Assembly: GCA_051047955.1 (NCBI GenBank)
Contig: JBPGPT010000005.1
Span: 620,001 to 684,000 of the forward strand
Origin: Cystobasidiomycetes sp. EMM_F5
Taxonomy: Eukaryota
Direction of reading: 5' to 3'
Length of the DNA stretch: 64,000 bases
Positions within the stretch are counted from its first letter, which is position 1; each line of letters starts with the position of its first letter. The position numbers and the translations under genes are program-made. Under the pieces are notes generated by a model. That model saw nothing but the letters and a program-made list of their open reading frames with translations, had not been told where the DNA came from and did not search any database. This document shows, piece by piece, positions 59,471 through 64,000 of this stretch.

Positions 59471-62102
59471 TCATTCCTCTAGATGACGGTAAAAGAATGA
59501 GAAATTCTCCTTTCTCCGTTGTGCCCAGCTTCCCTCGAAATCAAAGTACAGATAGACTCCCTGTTCATATTCGTCCGTAATTGTCGCTGGCTCGTTCGCT
59601 CGCTGAAACCAGGTTAGGTATTGCTTGTGAAATCGCCACGACTGCTTTTTGAGTTCCTGTGCCGCAAGATACTGCATGTACGTGCCCTGGCAGTAGTAAA
59701 AGATATAGAAGAGCGTCTCCACGTCAAACTTGGCGATCAGTGCTGGATTCGCTAGATGAGGGGAAGGCTGTTGCGGGTAATATGCAGGCGTAGGGAAGGG
59801 ATTGCGGGGAATGTAGTATTTCGGTCTGCGAACAGTACCCAATAGCACACATGAGAGGGAGAGCGCCAGCGGTATAGTACGCTGCAGTCATTACTTACTT
59901 GTCTGCATCTGACGGTTGCGGAATGTTGGAGTAGCCGGCATCTAGTATCTCATGCACTGCACTTAGGTCATTATCCCTGTTCAAAGCTTTTATTGTACGC
60001 GCAGCAATCAGTTTCTGTCCTCCCGGTGAAAAGGGGCTCAGTAATTTACACTTCTGCTTTGCGCTCTCAAATGTCGTGACGAGGTCAGCCAAGCTGCTGG
60101 GCAACCTCGTCTCTGTCGATGGCTGATCAGCGCGCTGTTGATTGGATACGCTTGGTGATGCTCTAGACGAAGGTACAGCCTCCTTCGCGAGTGATGATGG
60201 GGTCGTTGACCGATCAGATTGAGCAGCAGCAGTGACGCTTTCGGATGCTTGGTGAACTGATAGCAGGGCGTTGTGTGGCGGCGGAGAAGCTGTGCTGAGC
60301 TTTGGACTAGCAAACGTGGGCGATGTCACACTGTGCAAGCCGCTCGCAGCAGATTGCTAATTACCCATTGTGCAGGATGATGTGAAAATAGATGGCGAGG
60401 GAGCGAAACGTCAGCGTGGACTCGTCGTGGTCATCTTCTTGCCTTACCGGTACGGACGCGTAGCTAGGTGCCGGACTTGGCGCAACATCGCTGATCAATG
60501 TTGCCGGTGCAGCCTTTGGAGCGGGTGTAGGTGACAACGCATCAGCAGGCGCTTGCGAAGCCTGAGACAAGGTTGAAGTCGGCGGGATAGTCGAAGTTGG
60601 GGATGTGATGGTTGCCGGAGCGATTGCCGTAGGCGTAGAAGCTGCAGTAGTTTGATTATTTGCGGAAGAGGGAGCGATAGAGCTGCCTGCTGTTGCTGCT
60701 GGTGATGCTGCAGCTGCAGCTTGAGGAAGTGCGACTGCAGACGCAGCTGCAGCGGCGTATCGTATTGGCGGTAGTACAGCTGGCACTCTGGTCGTTGTCG
60801 TTGTCGTTGTAGCTGATGAAGAAGGTTGAGAACCGCTCAAGGCGCGCGTCGGACCAGACAGGCCTGTCGGACGTTGGGCAGTACCGTCCAACGTCGGTTT
60901 CCGCTGTCCAGTGGTTGATGTCTTTGTCTTTGTCGCTGTCGGACTCTTTTCTCCTCCTTCTTCGGGTGTAGCTGTCGATGCGAGGGGAAGGGCAGGTGCA
61001 TCCTTTGCCGTTGAGGCTGACGACGATCTCTCGGGAGGTTTCACACTCTTTGCAGGCGTCCTTATCGGAGGCGCAATGGGAGGGGTGAGTTCTGAAGTAT
61101 CGGCGACCGACATGCTGTCGTGCGAAGAAAGGACATCGTCTCGCTCGCCCATTCCAAACGCTTCCTCTTGTTCGTCCAGATTCAACTCGTCGTATATCCC
61201 TTCGTCCTCTTCAAAATCTTCTTCGGTATTGCTTTCGACAAAGTAGCTTATATCCTCCTTGAGCGTCTGCACGCGATCCGGGTCGAGGTTGCCATTCTCT
61301 AAAAGGCGTAGGATGAGTTCCAATTTCGAAACGTGCCATTTCCTGCGCTCATTCATATCTTCGAGCTGTGCTACCCTATCCCCGTTCGCCTTTGCATCCT
61401 TTTTACTCTTCTTTGCGCCCCCTTGCAATTGCTCGACCTCTGCTTCAGTCACCTCGAGCTGCCGTGATAGCTCGTCGACCATGTTTGATATAAACGACGA
61501 CGTCTCCACCTTGAGCGCTTCCTTCGGGTCGAGCTTTGTTCCAGCGTTGAGCCCTTCTTTGGAAAATGCCTTTGTTTTCATTTCCTTTTCGCAGGCCTTG
61601 AAGCGTTCCATTTGCTGATATGGCGGGATTGAGAAGGGTCAGAGAGGTGCAGAGTATACACGTACTCGGCGGCATGGGTCGACCTACCTGCTCAATCAGC
61701 TTTCGATTATCCGTCAGCGCCTTCTTGTCCTTTATTTCGTTTGACGCGAGCCATGTCTTTATCTGATCGCGTAGTCGTTGGAGCTTCTTTATCTGGGTCT
61801 TGAGCTCTGCTTCCACTGCGCAAAAATGTCATTGCGGATTGCCATTTCAGCCGCTAAGACATGGGCCTCGGAGTCCCCAGCTTGCAGACCACCACTCACA
61901 CTTCTCCTTGTGAGCCACATTTGTCGTCGCCTGTATCTTCTTGTACTGCTCATCAAACTGCTCCACCCCCTCTGCTACCCTCTTCAAGACCCGGTCCACT
62001 TCGGCTGAATATCAGGTTTCGAATTCGAATTTCCAGTCAGCCATTTGCAGAGTATGCCTGTGTGATACTGCATCCCTCACTCTGCAGCTTGCGTGCAGCC
62101 AT
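59471..62102 (-). CDS. NOT3: CCR4-NOT complex subunit Not3/Not5
   Basis: [59 protein letters not shown] box [31 protein letters not shown]. Confidence 0.95.
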
Positions 62103-62593
62103 CCTGTCGTCGCCGCGCCCTTCGTGGTCAGGATGTCACAGGTTGCCAGTTGGATTGAGCAGAGAATACAAGGCAAACACGCGTCGGAAGGTAGTACAAA
62201 TGGAGAGTGGTTTGGGATCCAGCTGCATTACACATAAGCACTAGTACAACACACGTATCGACGTATATTATATACAAGGCAGCCTGACTTATGGCACCTT
62301 GGTTACTAATGGTACTGTTGATATACTCTTGACCCGCCGTTGTATAATCAGACAGACAACGTCCATTGTCTCGGTATTTGGACATTATACAACCACATTT
62401 ACAGCCCTCGCAGCACTTACCTGTTTGAATCCCAATTATCCAAAATCCAATCCGCCACTGATTTCTTCAAACTCGAGAGATCAGATCTGGCCCCGGCCTT
62501 GGAATCCGACAGACACTAAAGAAGGTCGAGCGAGCACATCGACGGCACTACAACACATCACACACACGGGAATACTGCACGCACACTGCAACC

Positions 62594-63571
62594 ATGACAG
62601 CCCTCCGAACTACAGGAACCGCAGCACTCCGGAGTCTGTCTGCGAGAAGCACAGTCCTGCCGTCATCTGCGAGGGCCTACCACGCCAAGGTCATCAGTGA
62701 GTCGGGATGATGGTTTATAGTGTGCATCGACTGGCCAGTATGCTGATGATTGCTCATTTCCCATCTCAAGACCGTACGCCGCGCTTCACCTCGGCAGTGA
62801 CGGAGAACTAAAACTGACAATATTAAACATTGTCGTCTATCTCTCTCTCGCGCAGACTTTGAAAAGCCTCGTAATGTACGTCTTGATGTACTCGCCCAAT
62901 CCCCGATGTGCACTCGTCTGAGGTGTCATCTCTCTCGCAGGTCGGAAGTTTCCCAAAGAGCGACCTCGGTGTTGGCACCGGACTCGTCGGAGCGCCAGCG
63001 TGCGGCGACGTGATGGAGGTGTGTAGCAAATGCATCGTACATGGCTTGTATCGACTCAATCCTCACTGATCTGCACTTTCCTCTCCCGTCCCCCTCGCCA
63101 CAGCTTCAAATCAAGGTCGATGACAAGGGTATCATCTCCGATGTCCGCTTCAAGACATTCGGATGTGGATCTGCTATCGCTTCTTCCAGCTATATGACGG
63201 AGCGAGTCAAGGGTCTATCTCTCGAAGAGGCTGGAAAGATTCGAAATACTGAAATTGCAAAGGAGCTCAGCTTGCCGCCGGTAAAGTGCGTAAAAGCCAT
63301 CATTCTGTGGATGACCTTGATACTCATTGTTGTGTGACTGTAGACTGCACTGCTCAATGCTCGCCGAGGACGCTATCAAGGCTGCTATCCGAGACTATCA
63401 CACAAAGATCAAGGGCAAGACTGAGGGAGTTGCCGGATCTATCGATGTCAGCCAGTCGGTGCGTCCAGTTCTTGAGTGTACATGTCTATTTCAGCCATGC
63501 TTATTCCTATCATGGTTATGCAGGTCGTCACCGGCAAGACTGTTGCAGAGGCAAGACCCGGTCAGGCATGA
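62594..63571 (+). CDS. ISU1: Mitochondrial Fe-S cluster scaffold Isu1 (7 exons, including a 3-nt microexon)
   Basis: [19 protein letters not shown]...[15 protein letters not shown]...[14 protein letters not shown]...[19 protein letters not shown]. Confidence 0.95.
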
Positions 63572-64000
63572 GCGTGACTCATCGAGACCCTACCCTGCCC
63601 TTGAAGACTGCCAAACGTCCGTTTATGTATCATGTAAAGGCTGTATCGACATTACGCACCATCGATGTATCATAAGGAGGTCTTTGTCAACGTATCTGAT
63701 CTTGCCTTCGTTGACTGCTGCTTTCCTTTCCATTCACGCCAGTGAAGCGAGTCAAACGCATGTCCTCAAGCTGGTCGCCTCAATTTTCTGTTCACAGTCT
63801 AACAATGCTGATGCTGTACAGTCGATGACCGCACTGACCTGTCGTATCGCCGGCGTCTTCTCTCAACGGCACGTCTTTCCGTTTCACAGTGGGTTGCCAG
63901 GGACACTCACGCCCAAACGCAACCCACTGGCACAGCCATGACACTTGACGCAGCTACGTGCCCTCTTTCCCTCTCCATTCCCTCCATTTCAATCGACCCA

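Noticed and set aside
63327..64000. 204-aa ORF or a new gene at the window end
   Set aside because: Only its first part is an ISU1 exon; the rest reads through intron and 3'UTR, and too little downstream sequence remains to call a gene

Overview
A compact, intron-rich fungal chromosome segment of about 50% GC. It is most likely a basidiomycete yeast, possibly Pucciniomycotina; this is inferred from the protein sequences and from 50-75 nt GT..CTRAY..YAG introns. About 30 protein-coding genes were reconstructed by hand across introns: an ABHD4/5-like hydrolase (partial), HSF1, DAD4, a large uncharacterised TRP/FLC-like membrane protein, an RCR-like PY-motif protein, two tandem rhomboids, a TBC Rab-GAP, CDC50, GCN20, COX5, a group II PLP decarboxylase, NUC1, BET4, a SulP sulfate permease, EGD2, AMMECR1, a 2H phosphoesterase, RRP3, a small secreted Cys protein, a mucin-like sensor, BNA6, two tandem myristoylation-motif paralogs, CDC37, AAGAB/IRC6, FIC1/INN1, a YTP1-family protein, a small hydrophilin, an HMG-box factor, NOT3/5 and ISU1. 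No rRNA, tRNA, CRISPR array or transposon was recognised. The most striking non-coding pattern is in the long introns: most introns over 130 nt carry inverted repeats that start shortly after the 5' splice site and close just before the branch point, which would fold them back to about the normal intron length. Other highlights are a probable 3-nt microexon that restores a conserved His in ISU1, a stop-free in-frame bridge from CDC50 into GCN20, a duplicated CYS3-like promoter module upstream of the sulfate permease, and several orphan proteins. All splice models and RNA pairings were read by eye, not computed.
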